Source: Neoconidiobolus thromboides FSU 785
Taxonomy: Eukaryota; Fungi; Entomophthoromycota
Length of the DNA: 64,000 nucleotides
Direction of reading: 5' to 3'
Assembly: GCA_025603075.1 (NCBI GenBank)
Contig: MU626332.1
Span: 31,053 to 95,052, forward strand
Shown: piece by piece, positions 24,963 through 41,088 of the stretch
How positions within the stretch are numbered: position 1 is the first letter of the stretch
Layout of the letters: each line of letters opens with the position of its first letter
Position numbers and translations under genes: made by a program
The notes under the pieces: model-generated
The model's input: the letters and a program-made list of their open reading frames with translations, nothing else
Told to the model about the DNA's origin: nothing
Databases searched by the model: none

Positions 24963-25404
24963 TCTTTGTCTTGTTATGTTGTAATTAGAATTTTTAAGAA
25001 AAAAAATGAAGTGTTGAAATTTAGAGTGGTAATTTTTTATACGCAATTCTATTTTTGAATTGATAAAAATTTTAGTAATATTAAAAGTTCTAGTTTTTTA
25101 AATATTTTTTAAGACAAAAATTGATAATAACTTTTATAATATTTTAAATAAAATAAAATAAGATGGAATCTATTTATAATTTATTAGAGATTGAATTTAT
25201 AAAATATTCTTAATTTATATTTATTAAATTCAATATTCCATTTATTTATATAATAATTGAAATATTAAAGATAAAATACAGAAGAATCAATTGTAATTAA
25301 AAATGAATTATTTAATAAAATATTATTATCATCAAATTAAAACGATTATTTCTAATTCCCTAAAACTTCTGTTTTATTAAATAACTTCACTCATCTATTC
25401 ATCT

Positions 25405-27638
<2,234 letters not shown>

Positions 27639-27859
27639 TTAAATTTTGAATTTTTTGATCAACGCAATTTTGAGATTGAAAAAGCATCTGAATCAATTAG
27701 AAATATCAAAAACAAAATTGCTTTTTACTTTATTTTCTAAAAAAGATATGCTGATTAGATAATGAGTAAAAGAAAAACGTAAAAATTTTAGTACAGGATC
27801 AATAAAATAACAATAAAAACATTTAAACATTAATTAGTAGAAGCCAAACTAAGTTAGAA

Positions 27860-29985
27860 ATGGAAGATTCGGAAGAGGATTTGGAAATGATGAAAGGGAT
27901 TAAAGAGGAAATAGAAGATATTGAAGAGGTAAAGATTTTAAATTGAAACTAAAATAATTTTAATTCGTTCTATAATTCTTAGTTATTAGATATGGATAGT
28001 GAAGCTGATTCATTAGATAAAGGATTAGAGGAACTGAGATTTTTTTTTGATAGGTAAATTAAATCAACCATTCTAATTTTTTACTTCATATTAAATCAAA
28101 TAATCTCTTGTCCTCAGTGATACATCGAAGTCCAAAAAATTAGCAAAGAGAACGATAGAGAAAGAGTATAATTATTCTTTAGATAAATTACTGAATGAAA
28201 AAGAAAATGATAAATTTCAAGAACTTGAAATTAAACCATTTCATTTGATGTTTGAAAATGTAGATTTTTATATTTTACTTTTATATCATTTGTAGGCTAA
28301 ATGAATAATTTATTTATTTATTTTATTAAATAGGAATTCGATAATGATATCTTAGATCAGGATACAGCACTGAAGTTTTTAAGAGAGAAGGAGGAAAATG
28401 GAAATGAAGGAAATGAAGGAAATGAAGGAAATGAAAATAAGATAGATAGATTAAAACAAGTAAGCAATCATATTTTAATATCTTAACAAAATAAATAATA
28501 TTATTCAGATAATGAGCGATAGTAAAAATGATAATGATACAATAGAAATTAAAATAACAATCTTTAAAACCAGTTATCAAAAACAAATTCTTGAACTATC
28601 TAATCTCAAAGACATTAAACTCCTCAATGATTTTCAACAACTCATTGATGCTACTAAATTCGAATATAATGATAGACTATTAACTATAGTGGAAAATAGT
28701 ATCTATAATTTAGATTTTGAATTAACACAGGAATTTTATGCATTGATATGGAAATTTACAATCAAATTTGAGTTTGAATGGGATTTATTCTATTTATTGG
28801 AAGAATACTTTAGATTATTTGAAGCTAAATTTTTAATCTTAGATGACTTTAATAAGTTGGATTTAAATTATATATTTGATATTGAAGATAAGGAGGATAA
28901 TAAGGAAAAGGAAGAGGAGATTGAAGAGAATAAAATTATGGAATATGTTAATGAAATTCGACTGTTTTTTAATTTTATTAATCAAGTATTAGATTCAAAG
29001 TAAGTTTTTATTATTTTTATTTGATTTAATATATAAATAATAACAACAATAATTGATAGGTATTATAAACCCATGACTTTTCATGAAAAAAGTAATTTAG
29101 TTATAGGATTAATACTCCTCTCTTTCGACACTCATTTAGCATGCATTGTAAATAACGAATTACAACTAATAATAGGAAAAATTATCAACTCAATACAAGA
29201 TCTGGATTCTTTATACACAATTATTATTAAAAATTTAATACATTTGATAACTAGAATATACGATATGGATGAAAAAAAAGGGTATTATTTTATCAAGAAT
29301 ATGCTAGGTTTTTTATTTTCAGTTACAAGGACTAAGCGAGAGAGAGGGAAGTATCTGTTTTTTCAATTAAGTAGTTATCATTGTTTAGAATTACTTAGTG
29401 GACAGAAATTTAAGGTATATTTTTGTACTAATGTGTAGAATAGCATTAACAGTATTAATATTAGTTATTGCCTAACATTGAAGATTATAATTTAAAAACA
29501 TATTTAAAATTAATATATCCTAATTATAAATTAGATAACAATAACAAATTAATTGATAATAAGATTAACGAAAATTTAATATTAAAAAATATATTAACGG
29601 AATCCAAATTAATTAATTTAATTCAATTATTTCAATGGAATTTAACCAATTTTATTTTGAATAAAAAAGACAAAGTAGTCATTTTATTATGATTTTTCTA
29701 TAACAATGTTAATGTTGATTATTTTAGCTATTAATTAATCAATTGATTAATTTTTTTAAAGATTGGGATAGTCAGATAGGCAAGATTTGTATTTTAATAT
29801 TAAATTATTAAATTATTAATAGAAACTTAATACAGATGTTAAAGGAGATAATATATTCTATTCAATAGTAAGTGGAATTAATAGATAGAGATAATGACAT
29901 AATCAAGTATTTTTATTTTTTTTACTAGGCAAAAGAAGAATTACAATTATTATATTTAAGGCTGCATTATTTCATCAAACAATAA
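27860..29985 (+). CDS. Hypothetical acidic multi-exon protein
   Basis: ATG 27860 (MEDSEEDLE), GT-AG introns linking ORFs 28512..29003, 29073..29438 and 29468..29692, last exon AKEELQLLYLRLHYFIKQ*. No family recognised. Confidence 0.55.
28399..28436 (+). repeat. 9-bp coding tandem repeat (GAAATGAAG) x4
   Basis: Read directly from the sequence. Confidence 0.75.
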
Positions 29986-30451
29986 ACACATTCAAAAACA
30001 AAAATCATTAATTACTCGTCTCTTTCCTATAGAGTAAGATAATGATGATTAAAGAGTAAGTTAATATCACTGATAACGAAGTAAAGAACATCAAACTGTC
30101 TGAAGTGTAAAGATCGGTTATAAATAAACTTTTTTAATTGAGTTAGCTTTATCTTGTTTTTTTGATAGAATTGAATTAAATACGGGCTAATTAAAATACG
30201 GGCTAATTAAAATACACTCTTTAGCTAGGAAAATACGGCTGATAGTATTTTTATTATTTATTGTAGTCAATTTTCTAGGGTATAGAATATAAAGACAAAA
30301 GGGAATACTATTTTGAACTCTGAGTTAAATCAGAACGAAATAAATAAAATAACTACAAAGTTTATTATTCGAAGTTCAGGAAAATGGTGATATTATATCT
30401 AAAGATATACTATCAAATTAAACAATAGTACATAAAACAAGTCCACTTCCA

Positions 30452-30895
30452 TTATCCTCTTCTCCCCCACAGTAAAATAAAAATTACTGCAGTATAAGCC
30501 AAAATAGCCAATAATGAAGTAGCAAATACTAAATTCCCTGATGTATAAAAATATTTTAAAAACAAACTTTTCTTTAACTCTTTATCTTTATCTTCCTCAT
30601 CTTCAATATAACTATATTGGAACTCTTTTAAGTGATAACGTCTTATAATATCGATGATGAACATTGAGATTCCAAAAGTAATAAACACTAAACCTATTAA
30701 GCGTAACTCTTTATCGAATAAACGAAGGGCGAGAAGACTCGCGCCCATTAATCCTATACTTGTACGGAAGTAAGCACCATCTAAAGTACGCTCTTTGGCT
30801 AATTAATGAAAGATTACTTATTTGGTTGCTGCTTGTATGTTCATTTTTTTACCTCTTAAGTCCAATACTTGATTGTCATTGAGTTGATCTGCCAT
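30452..30895 (-). CDS. DUF202 (YidH/Vtc1-like) small membrane protein, 2 exons
   Basis: LAKERTLDGAYFRTSIGLMG followed by three TM helices; ATG at 30895. Confidence 0.75.
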
Positions 30896-31732
30896 CTTTA
30901 ATAAAAATAGTTGGTCTTGAATAAAAGTAAAAAATAAAACTTAAAAAATAAAGGAATTATTTTTTTGAATTCATAAACTTATGCTAATTAACTAAAAATA
31001 AAAATTACTCATTTTGAAATTGATTTTTTAGGCTTAATTAGTTTTGGTAACAATTCAATTTCTTTGCCCAAAATTTTAGTTTTTATCTGGTTTTATTTGT
31101 TTTTAAGATCATTTTTATAATGAATTGTGACCAAAAAATTCGAAAAAATCATATTTTTAGGTCAATTTTAAAAAACTATTCAAATTGAAGTTTCAAATTT
31201 ACCGGTAAATAGCAATGTAAAAATGAACAAAAAATCTCACTTCCTTTTTTTAATCACAGTCATTTTTGTTAAACTCATTTTTCGGTTCATATTGTACTTA
31301 TTTTTTTCTTTGATAAGGACATTATTAGCTACTCTGACTTTATCTAAAAGATAATAATTGGAAAGTTGGTGCTCATTCGAAAAAATTAATCTAAATTTAC
31401 AGTTAAAAATAAAAATAAAGTCTAAATTTCTTTTGCTTAGTTTTTTTTTTCATGAGATCATTTTTTGACTACAGATTTGGCTCATTTAGTTTAAAAAATG
31501 GTCAAATTCAAGTACTTTTTAGAAGAATTTCTCTTTTTGAGTTTTATTTTTTAAACTACTCTGCTTTTCAAAGCAACGAATTTAACAAAACCCAAAACCG
31601 AAGCTTTTTATTTACTAACTTATTTAATAAATCTTTTCATTTATTTAAAAGTTAAGCTTTACCTTAACTAACTATTTCTAATCGAAAAGAAGAATATTTT
31701 AATTCTAAAAAAAACAAACTGAAATAAAACAA

Positions 31733-34700
31733 ATGGTTGGTAAAAGAGGAAGACGTAGTACTGGGACTCCAAGCACCCGAAGAACAAGGGCAACGGCAAA
31801 TAGTGAGCCATTGGAAGCTTCCCAAACTATTACTTCGGATCATACTGGAGAAGGGGTTGAAAATGTAACTGTGGAACTCGAATCGGGTAGTCAAATGGAT
31901 TCAAACACTCAAGAAGCGAGTAAAACTCCTGTTCAGGCTAATGAAGACGAAAAATCGGCTTTAGGGTCAGGTGAACAAATGGAGCTGAATCAAGAAGAAG
32001 TTGATTCTAATGAAATGGTAGTTAGTTCCGTTATTAAAATTATTGAGATTCAAGAAGAGGATATAGGAGATAATTTAAATAAAGTGAGTGTAGCTGAAAG
32101 CGAAGCTCATAGTCATCAAGTTTGGGAACATGGTGAAAGTACTTTTGTTTATACAGCTGATAATGAAACAAATAAGATCATTGTTGAAGAGGCATCCGAT
32201 AATCTTCAAGAAGAGGCCAGCCTCTTGGAGCAAGTTAATGAAGAAATGATTCCTCAGGAAGAGATTAATGAAATAATTTCCAAGTTGAAAAAGGATATGA
32301 TTGGTATTTCTGCATGTTTGAAATTATATCAGAACAAGAATTTTGGTAATCTAAAATTTAATAATTTTATATTTATAAAGGCTAATTGTTTCTTCTAGAA
32401 AATTATGAAGCTCATAGCTATATTGAAAAGCTTAGGAGAAGTACTGATAAAATCGTAGAGGATTATAGCAAAGTATACGACCAAGCAGTCAAATTAAAAA
32501 AGACTTGTGACTATATTAAAGGAAAATATGATACTCTGTATAATAAAACTGTTACCATTTTGGGTTCTGAAAGTCTAAATGAAGAAAAAGAAGAGCTTAT
32601 AAGTAAAGTTAAATCTTTGGAGGTAAATCTTGTTTTACAATTTTATAAGTAATTATAGTAAAGTTATTTTTTAGTTTTATAAAACTCAACTTGAAGTTGA
32701 AGTGAAAAAGATTGAGCCATTAAAAAATATGGTAGAGGCACTTGAAAAAGAGAAAGAGAAAAATAGAAAAGATATTGCAGAAAAGTAAATATATTAATAT
32801 TGATGATATAAAATAAATCTTAAATGAACTAAATAGGAGAGATCACATTGATAGATTAAATGAACAAGTTAGACATAAAAGTCAAGAGCTTAATTCCAAA
32901 GATATTTTAATTCATGAGTTAAAAAATAACCAGAATTTAATTGAAGATTTAGAAATGGAAGTTAGAAGATTAAAAGAAACAAATGAAGATTTGGATGAAA
33001 ACTTCATGGCATTAGAAATGGAGAATGAAGCGAACAAGAAATCTAAAAAAGAGATAGAAAAAGCTAATAAGTTGTTTATGGATCAAAATGAACAATTAGA
33101 ACGCTATATAAACGAAAAAAAGAGAGATTTAGCATTTAGGGGCATTATGGAGTACATTGATGATAATCATAATGCCGTTGATAATGTTATCAAAATGATT
33201 GACTTACTCCTAGATTCTATTAATGATATTCAAACATTGGAAAATGAGCTGGAAGAAAAAAATGGGATGATTGAGTCTTTAAACGTCAATATCAAGGGTA
33301 AAGATCATCTCGTTTCACAAAGCAAAAAAGAAAAGGAAGAAGCCACAATGGAATTAAACAAAGTGCAAAGTAATCTTGACGTATTGATGAAAAATAACGC
33401 TGAGTTTTTTAATACAATAGAAGCTATGAAGAGGAGAAAGGCTGAGCAAGATAAGGAATACAATATAATGAAAAAGAAACTGGAAGATTATGAAAAAATC
33501 AGTGTTGGTCAAGAATTTAAGATAGAGCAAATGAAAGAGTTTAACGATATGAAAAAGAAAATGGAAGAATTAGAAGGAAAAAATATTAGTCTACAAGTCA
33601 AATTGGATACGACCAATAAGTACAATTATTTATTAATGCAAAGAACAGCCATTTCGGAAATAGATTATATTCAATTGATGGAAACGGGTGAGTTGTCAGC
33701 TGAACTTGAAGATACATTAAAAGATATGTCTGATCCACAAAGAGTTTATTATCTAAAATCCAAAGTTGGTAAATTACAAGTACAGCTTGATACGGCTAAA
33801 AGGATGCAAACTTATGGTTCTAAGTCAAGTACTGATGAGATCAAGAAATTTGAAGATGAGAGTAAGCGTAATGCTAAACAATTAAAAAAAGAAGAAATAA
33901 CTAACTTTAATTCATTAGTAGAAGAGAGACAAAAGGAACTTGATGATTTGAAAGTAGTACTTAGAGAGAAAGAAGCTATCAATCTTAATTTAAATGCCAA
34001 AATTAAGGAAAGTGATCAACTTAATAGTGTTTTGAGTGACCAATTAGCCAAAAAGGATAACTATTGTAGCGTTGTAGATAAGGAGTTAAGTCAAAAGATA
34101 GAGGAATGTGAAAATCTTAAGATACAATTGGAACAAAGTTATCAAGCCCAGCAGGGATTTATTCAACAAGATCAATTTGATAAAAATGGCTTATTAAATC
34201 AAAAGATGGCAGAAATCGATTTCCTTAGACAGGAATTGAACCAAAGTTATGAAAATCAAAAGAGGTTAGGTCACCCAAACCAAGCTAGTCAAATGGTTAT
34301 AGAGGGTACCATTGAAAACAAAAAAATGAAATTCGATTTCAATACTATGCTAGATAAGTATAAGAGATTGAAAGAGAAGTATAATGATGATGTCCGTAAG
34401 TTATATGAGAATAACTTAGCTTTAGAAAAACAAAAAAAAGCTATGCAAAATTCAATTACTGATTATGTTACTGTAATTGAAGAATTGAAATCCAGATTAA
34501 ATATTAAAGTGAATGAATATGAGCTTCCATCTTCACCAGTATATTTGTACGAAAATAAACCAGAAGTGGTTCGATTAAATCCGAATGGGGTAGAAGCTTA
34601 TTATGATTTAGGTAATACTAATTTAAATAATGGTAATAAACAAGTGAATGTTCAGGTAAATCCAAATCAAACTGAAACGTATTATGAAGTAAGTAATAGT

Positions 34701-36362
34701 AATTTAAATAACTCAATAACTCGAAATGATTTGAGTCAAACTCAAAATGCAACTTTTCCACAAAGTTACCGTAACCAAAACGAGAACCTTGATTATCCTA
34801 TTGAAGTAAATAATCAAGGACCGGTGTATTATAATGATAATCAAAGAGTAATTGAACCTGTAAGAAACACTAATTTAGCTGTAGATAATCATAATTTAGA
34901 GGCTAGTAATAATGGCCGATTATCCAGTAGAAATAATCAACTTCTGGATAATTATAATAATATAAATGAAAGAAATGAAAATGCTATTGTCAATAATGGT
35001 ACTGTTACCAATAATCATATAATTAACAATGTCAGTCATAATAATACTGCTAATAATGATATGATTGGAAATTTAAGAAACGAAATAGATGCTAATGAGA
35101 ATATTAATAATATTCAACCACAAGTAGTTTTAAGTACAAAACATAAAACCCGCCGAAGGGAAAAGAAAAATTACAATAATAATCTTATTAATGGAGTATC
35201 TAATAAAAGAACTTCTGAATATGAAAAACAGGAAGAAATTAAAAAAACTAAGAATGATCCAAATATAATATTACACTTTTTAGATCAAGTTAGTTTAGGT
35301 ATTGAAAATGATAAGAAAGTCTCAATGAATCCTACTGGATTTAATAATTTTTATTATGATAATGAAATCCCATTTCATACTAGTAAGTATTTGATGATAT
35401 TCAATTGTTTCTAACTTATTGATAATTTTATTTTAGATATACTGAACTTTTTAAATCTTAAATTTTTACATAATACGTTTATACACAGTCAAATTACAAG
35501 CTTTGTAAATAACATTAAAACAGAAGAAGTTGATTCAATTTTAAAATCTATATTTTTAATCTTTGAACATGGTGAAAAAAATCAAGCTACATCTGATCAT
35601 GATCGATTTGTTATTGATGGCAAATTGATTATATTAAAAGGATGTGTTTATGGGTGGGAATTTAATTTGATATTATTTTTATGTTTATATACAGCGGAAA
35701 CTAGAGACTGTAAGCTGATCAATTCATTCTTATTTCAATTATCGACCCTCATTTACTTGATTTATGAAAAAGATGAAAAAAAGGATGATCTATATAGGTA
35801 AGTAAAATTATATAGTTATAATTTATTAATGATTTTATTATCTAATATATTTTTAGTTCTATGGTAAAAGTTTTTGTTACCATATGTTCATTTCTCAATT
35901 TAAAGAATCGAATTGACTTGCTTTTAATTGATTTATTGTCAGCCAATGTTCCTTCAGAAAGCATTTTACCAACCTTGTTTTTAATCAATTATATATGGAA
36001 TGAGCCATTCAAATATGACTCAAAAACATTTGATATCTATGAGTTTAATGAGGAATCCAATTTACTCACTATTGTTTATCAGCATTGTCTTGCTCATATA
36101 TTTTCAATGAACTTAAAAGATGAAGAAAACTTTAAAAGGCATATCGAAGAATTTATGCATATTAATGAGTGGCCAGCACTCCATACTTGGTTGCCTTTAG
36201 GTCAACTTTATACCTTTTATCTCATGCCTTTAGCTTTTAAGGATGAATTTGTTTCCAAAATTGGTAAGCTTTTGTCTGTAATGGGTAAGTTAATTTATTA
36301 ATATTTTATTAGGTGAAACTGTGGTCGCAAGATCTCTTTTATTGTTGAAAAACTTGGCCTAA
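31733..36362 (+). CDS. Large multi-exon coiled-coil protein with Asn-rich linker and helical C-terminal domain
   Basis: ORFs 31733..32398, 32386..32652, 32955..35414 and 35861..36301 joined by short GT-AG introns; last exon ends LLKNLA* at 36362. Confidence 0.7.
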
Positions 36363-36916
36363 ATTTTATTATTATTAAATACCAATGCTCTCTTATTTTT
36401 GAATTTTATTGAATTTTATGAATTTTTATTTAATCTTTTCTTTTTCAAATTTACAATCAAACCAAAGTCTAACTATTTTATCAGTGCAAGTAAATTTTAG
36501 ATAAGGTCGGATTAAAAAAGATACAGGTTGAGGGAAACGTGCGAAGGTTAAGGTAAAAGTAAGTGGGAAGTGAGAGGTAAATTATGCAATTGTAAAAAGG
36601 GACTTTAATTTGAGAGGCCTAGTTCAGAAGATATCGTGTTCTTTTTATATTTCCTTTTTACAAAATTAGTCACTTTGAAACTAAAATTATATATTTAGAC
36701 TAAAAGTAAGAATAAATTAATCACCAATAAAATTGAAGCATCATGTCATCTTTTTTCGAAAAACACTTAAATTAGCAAATCATTGATAAAAAAGACTTAA
36801 TAGCAATTTAAGTCAGCTGAGAATACTCAAAAACATAAAATATATATAAAGGAAAAAAATTCATTGTAATAAACCTTTATTTCCTTTCAATATTTTAAAT
36901 AATAAAAATTAAAGAG

Positions 36917-38484
36917 ATGCTCCAAACAATAACTCGTCAAAGAGCAACGGCCAATATTGTTCAAAGATTATTATTACGTACTTTAGCTAGTAGTGTGCAA
37001 GGTAAATTTTATTGTTAAATTAACTTGAAATATTAATATTAAATCAATCATTCTTGTTTTGTATAGCTGAAGTAAAAAAGACAAGTCTACATTCCTTCCA
37101 TGAATCTCAAGGTGGACAAATGGTAAGTTTTGCTGGTTGGAGTTTACCAGTAAAATACAGTGATTTATCCGTTTCTCAATCCCACCATCATACTCGTAAA
37201 AATGCATCTATTTTTGATGTTTCTCATATGTTACAAACAAAGTAAGCTTTCATTTTATAATTATTGGCATTCTTTAAAAACTATATTGACATAACAACCA
37301 TTTTTAGATGGACTGGTAAAGATCGTATAAAATTTATTGAAACTTTAGTTGTTGGAGATATTTTAAACCTCCCAGAAGATACCGCTACACTATCCTTATT
37401 CACCAATAAAAATGGTGGCATCATAGATGATACCGTTATATGTAAACATAGCGATCATCTTTATGTAGTATCCAATGCTGGTTGTGCTGATAAAGATTTA
37501 GCTCATATTCGTCAACAACTGAAAGAATTTCAACAACAAGGCGGTGACGTTGATGTGCAAGTGATCGACACTCATTCCCTTTTGGCTTTGCAAGGTATGT
37601 TGAATTGTTTTATAGTTGAGATGAGAAATATGCTAATGGTTTATTTTGTAGGTCCTAAAGCTGCTGAAGCTTTACAAGCATTAGTAAAGGAAGATTTAAA
37701 AGAAATGAACTTTATGACTGGTAAACCCATTTCAATTAAAGGAATTGAGTGCCATGTTGCTAGAGTTGGTTATACTGGAGAGGATGGGTTTGAAGTAAGA
37801 ATACTTTATAGTATTTATTATTTTGTATGTTAAATTTTTTCATTAGATTTCTGTCCCCCATGAGCAAACTGTTGAGCTCACCAATTTATTATTAGAAAAC
37901 GATTTAGTTCGTATGGCTGGTTTAGGAGCCAGAGATTCTTTAAGATTAGAAGCCGGGTTATGTTTATATGGTCATGATTTAAATGAAGAGATTTCTCCTA
38001 TTGAAGCTACTTTAAAATGGACGATTGGTAAGTTGAATTTAATTTGTGTACAAAATATTGAGTAAATTTAATTTTATCTTTTCTTTAGGTAAGCGTCGTT
38101 TACAAGAAGGGGGTTTCTTAGGAGCTGAAAGAATATTTAAAGACATTAAAGATGGTGTTAGTAAAAAAAGAATTGGTTTGATTGTACAAGGTGCTCCTGC
38201 AAGAGGTAAATTTAACTCAACTCTTTAAACTTTGCTTATTAATTCCTACTTTTTACATAATAACAGAGGGAGCTAAGATTTTAGATTCAGAGGATAATGA
38301 AGTTGGTTACGTTACTAGTGGTTGTCCATCCCCAAGTTTAGGGAAGAATGTAGCTATGGGCTATGTTGCTACTAAATTAGCTAAAAGCGGAACGGAATTA
38401 AAGGTTAAAATCCGTAATAAACAATATCAAGCTGTGGTTTCGAAAATGCCATTTACCCCAGCTGGTTATTACAGAAAACCTTAA
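36917..38484 (+). CDS. GCV1: Glycine cleavage system T protein (aminomethyltransferase), mitochondrial
   Basis: [109 protein letters not shown]. Confidence 0.97.
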
Positions 38485-38766
38485 AGAGATAATATATGGG
38501 TATTCGGAAGGAAGTATATTCTTAATAAAATTTATGAATGATGTTTACTTTGTTTGCGTACTTTTGATGGAACGGTTTTTTTATGATTTATTTGCTTATT
38601 TTGTTTATTCTTAAAAGGTTACTTTTTTAAAAATATGTTTCAAAGTTAAAATTTCCAAATCCCCTAATTTTCAAAATAATCCCACCAATTTTTTAAAAAA
38701 TAAAATTAGACTAATAGAATTAAACTACCCTGTTTTTTTGCATATATAAAAATAAATATACAAAAG

Positions 38767-40565
38767 ATGAGTAATCAAATTGAAAATGATCGTAGTGCTG
38801 TTGTTGGTTTGACCATTGGTTCATTATATTCTTCCGTTGCTGTTATTGATAAGGTAGAGTTAAACGATTAATTGACAAAATGAATTTGAAATTAAAGTAT
38901 AAAATTAGGATGGGCGTCCAAATGTCATTGCTAACGAAGATGGTGAACGTTTAATCCCAACCTGTGTTGCTTTCCGTGGTGATGAAATTGTAATTTTTTG
39001 AAAAACCAATAATTAAATACAATTCAATTAATTACTTTTATTCTAGTTTGCTGGTTCTCAAGCTCATAACCAAGCTGTGCGTAACCCAAAAAATACTTTA
39101 TATAACTTTTTCGATCTTTTAGGAAATGAGTAAGTCAAACTAATATCAGTATTTATTATGAATGTTAATAACAACTTTTATTTATAGCGAAACTAATGAA
39201 ATTGTTTCTTCCCTTAAAGCCAAAGCCAGTTATAAATTAATCACTAAAGATAGTCAATTAGGCTACGAAGTTGAATACAAAGAAAAAGCTACTACCTTCA
39301 CTGCCCATGAAATAGCTGTTCATTTTTTCAAAGTATTGAAGGAAACTGCTTTAACTTTTATCAGTACTCAAGTATCAGCTACCGTGATTGCCGTACCAAT
39401 CTATTATACTGAAGAACAACGTAAAAAGATTACATTAGCTGCTAACGAAGCTGGTTTAAATGTTGAACAAATTGTCAATGAGCCATCCGCTGCTTTATTA
39501 GCTTATGATTCTTTTGATAAATTAGTATTAAGTGATAAAACCGTTATTACTTTCGATCTTGGTGCCAATAGTTTAGATATCAGTTTATTATCAGCTAAAC
39601 AAGGCGTTTATACTTTATTATCTAGTTTACAAGATAGAGAAGTTTCAGGATTAGCTTTAGATCAACTTTTAGTTCAGCATTTTATGAAAGAATTTAAAAC
39701 CAAGAGCAAAATTGATATCACTGATAACCAAAGAGCTTTAGCTAAATTAAGAGTGGGTTGTGAATTAACTAAAAAGACATTGGCTTCTACTAATTCTGCT
39801 CCTTGTTCAATTGAATCTTTAGCTGAAGGCGTAGATTATCATGGTACTATTAACCGTTTACGTTTTGAAATGATGGCTTCCAAATTATTTAATAAAGCAA
39901 TTGCCAGCTTAGAAAAGGCCATTGAAACTGCTGGTTATCATGTAATTGATATTGATGAAGTCATCTTAATTGGTGGTGGTTCAAGAATTCCAAAGTTACA
40001 AAATAGAATTCGCGATTTGTTCCCAGAATCAACTAGTTTAAGACTTGAAATTGAAACTGATGAAGCCGTTTCTAGAGGTTGTGTTATGCAATCTTTACTA
40101 TTAAAAACATTACACGAAACTGAAGACATTAACTTAGATACTTTAGCTAAAGAAGAAGGTTTATCAAATGCTCAACATTTGACTAAACCAATCGGTATAT
40201 TAGATGGTGATAACAAATTTGTAAAATTAATTCCTCAAGATACTCCATTGCCGTTACGTCGTATCTTTAGATTCGAAAATAATGAAGAATCAGCTTTTGT
40301 TCAAGTATTTGAAGGTGAAAAAGAAGCTACTACTATTCAACCAGAAACCCCAGAAAAAGATGATGATGATGATGATGAACCAGAAACCCCAGAGCCATAT
40401 ACTGTTTATTCTTATAAAGCTGGTAAATTAGTTGCTGAAGTTGGTATTGATGGTTTAAATAATGAATCTGCTGTTGAATTACAAATCCAAATTGATGAAC
40501 AATGTAAATTGAATGTATTACTTCGTGATTTAAAGTCAGGTAAAAATTCAGTTGCTAGCCAATAA
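38767..40565 (+). CDS. SSZ1: Atypical Hsp70 of the ribosome-associated complex
   Basis: VIANEDGERLIPT, QAVRNPKNT, VNEPSAALLAY, FDLGANSLD, INRLRFEM, VILIGGGSRIPK; short C-terminus lacking the lid and EEVD. Confidence 0.82.
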
Positions 40566-41088
40566 AGTGGGAAACGATGAATGAAGCGTTAGTAGAAGGT
40601 ACAAAATTCTGTGTTTTTTTGAAATAAAAGTGAGCTAGAATTCATCACTGATTTGTATTATTTTATTATGTTTAATTAAGTTTCTAATTGACCTTTAAGC
40701 ACATGACTTGTAGTTTAAATTAGCTAAAAACAAATTATTTAATTGATGGTAATCTAGCTTAGTTAAATTAATAGAAATGATTTTTAAGCTTTATAAATTT
40801 ATTATTGCTATTTATCAGTTCTATCTATCATAATACTAATAAAAATATAAGCTTCATAAATTAGAAAGATAAATGAATACTTCAACTTTAATTAGGAACA
40901 CAATATTTAATTTAAAAGATTTCATGGTAGTAATATTACTTTAATTGGAAGCAAATCAACTGATTTTTTTTAAAAAGAAGGGAGCTTAAAATAAAGATCA
41001 CACAAAAATTATAAAACTCATAAGGTATAAATAAATTCCCTTCTTTCTCCCTTTCTTTGTATCAACTTAACAAAAGCGCAATCAAAAT

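Noticed and set aside
30177-30214. Short tandem duplication (aatacgggctaattaa x2)
   Set aside because: Only two units in a convergent intergenic gap; no further support for a function.
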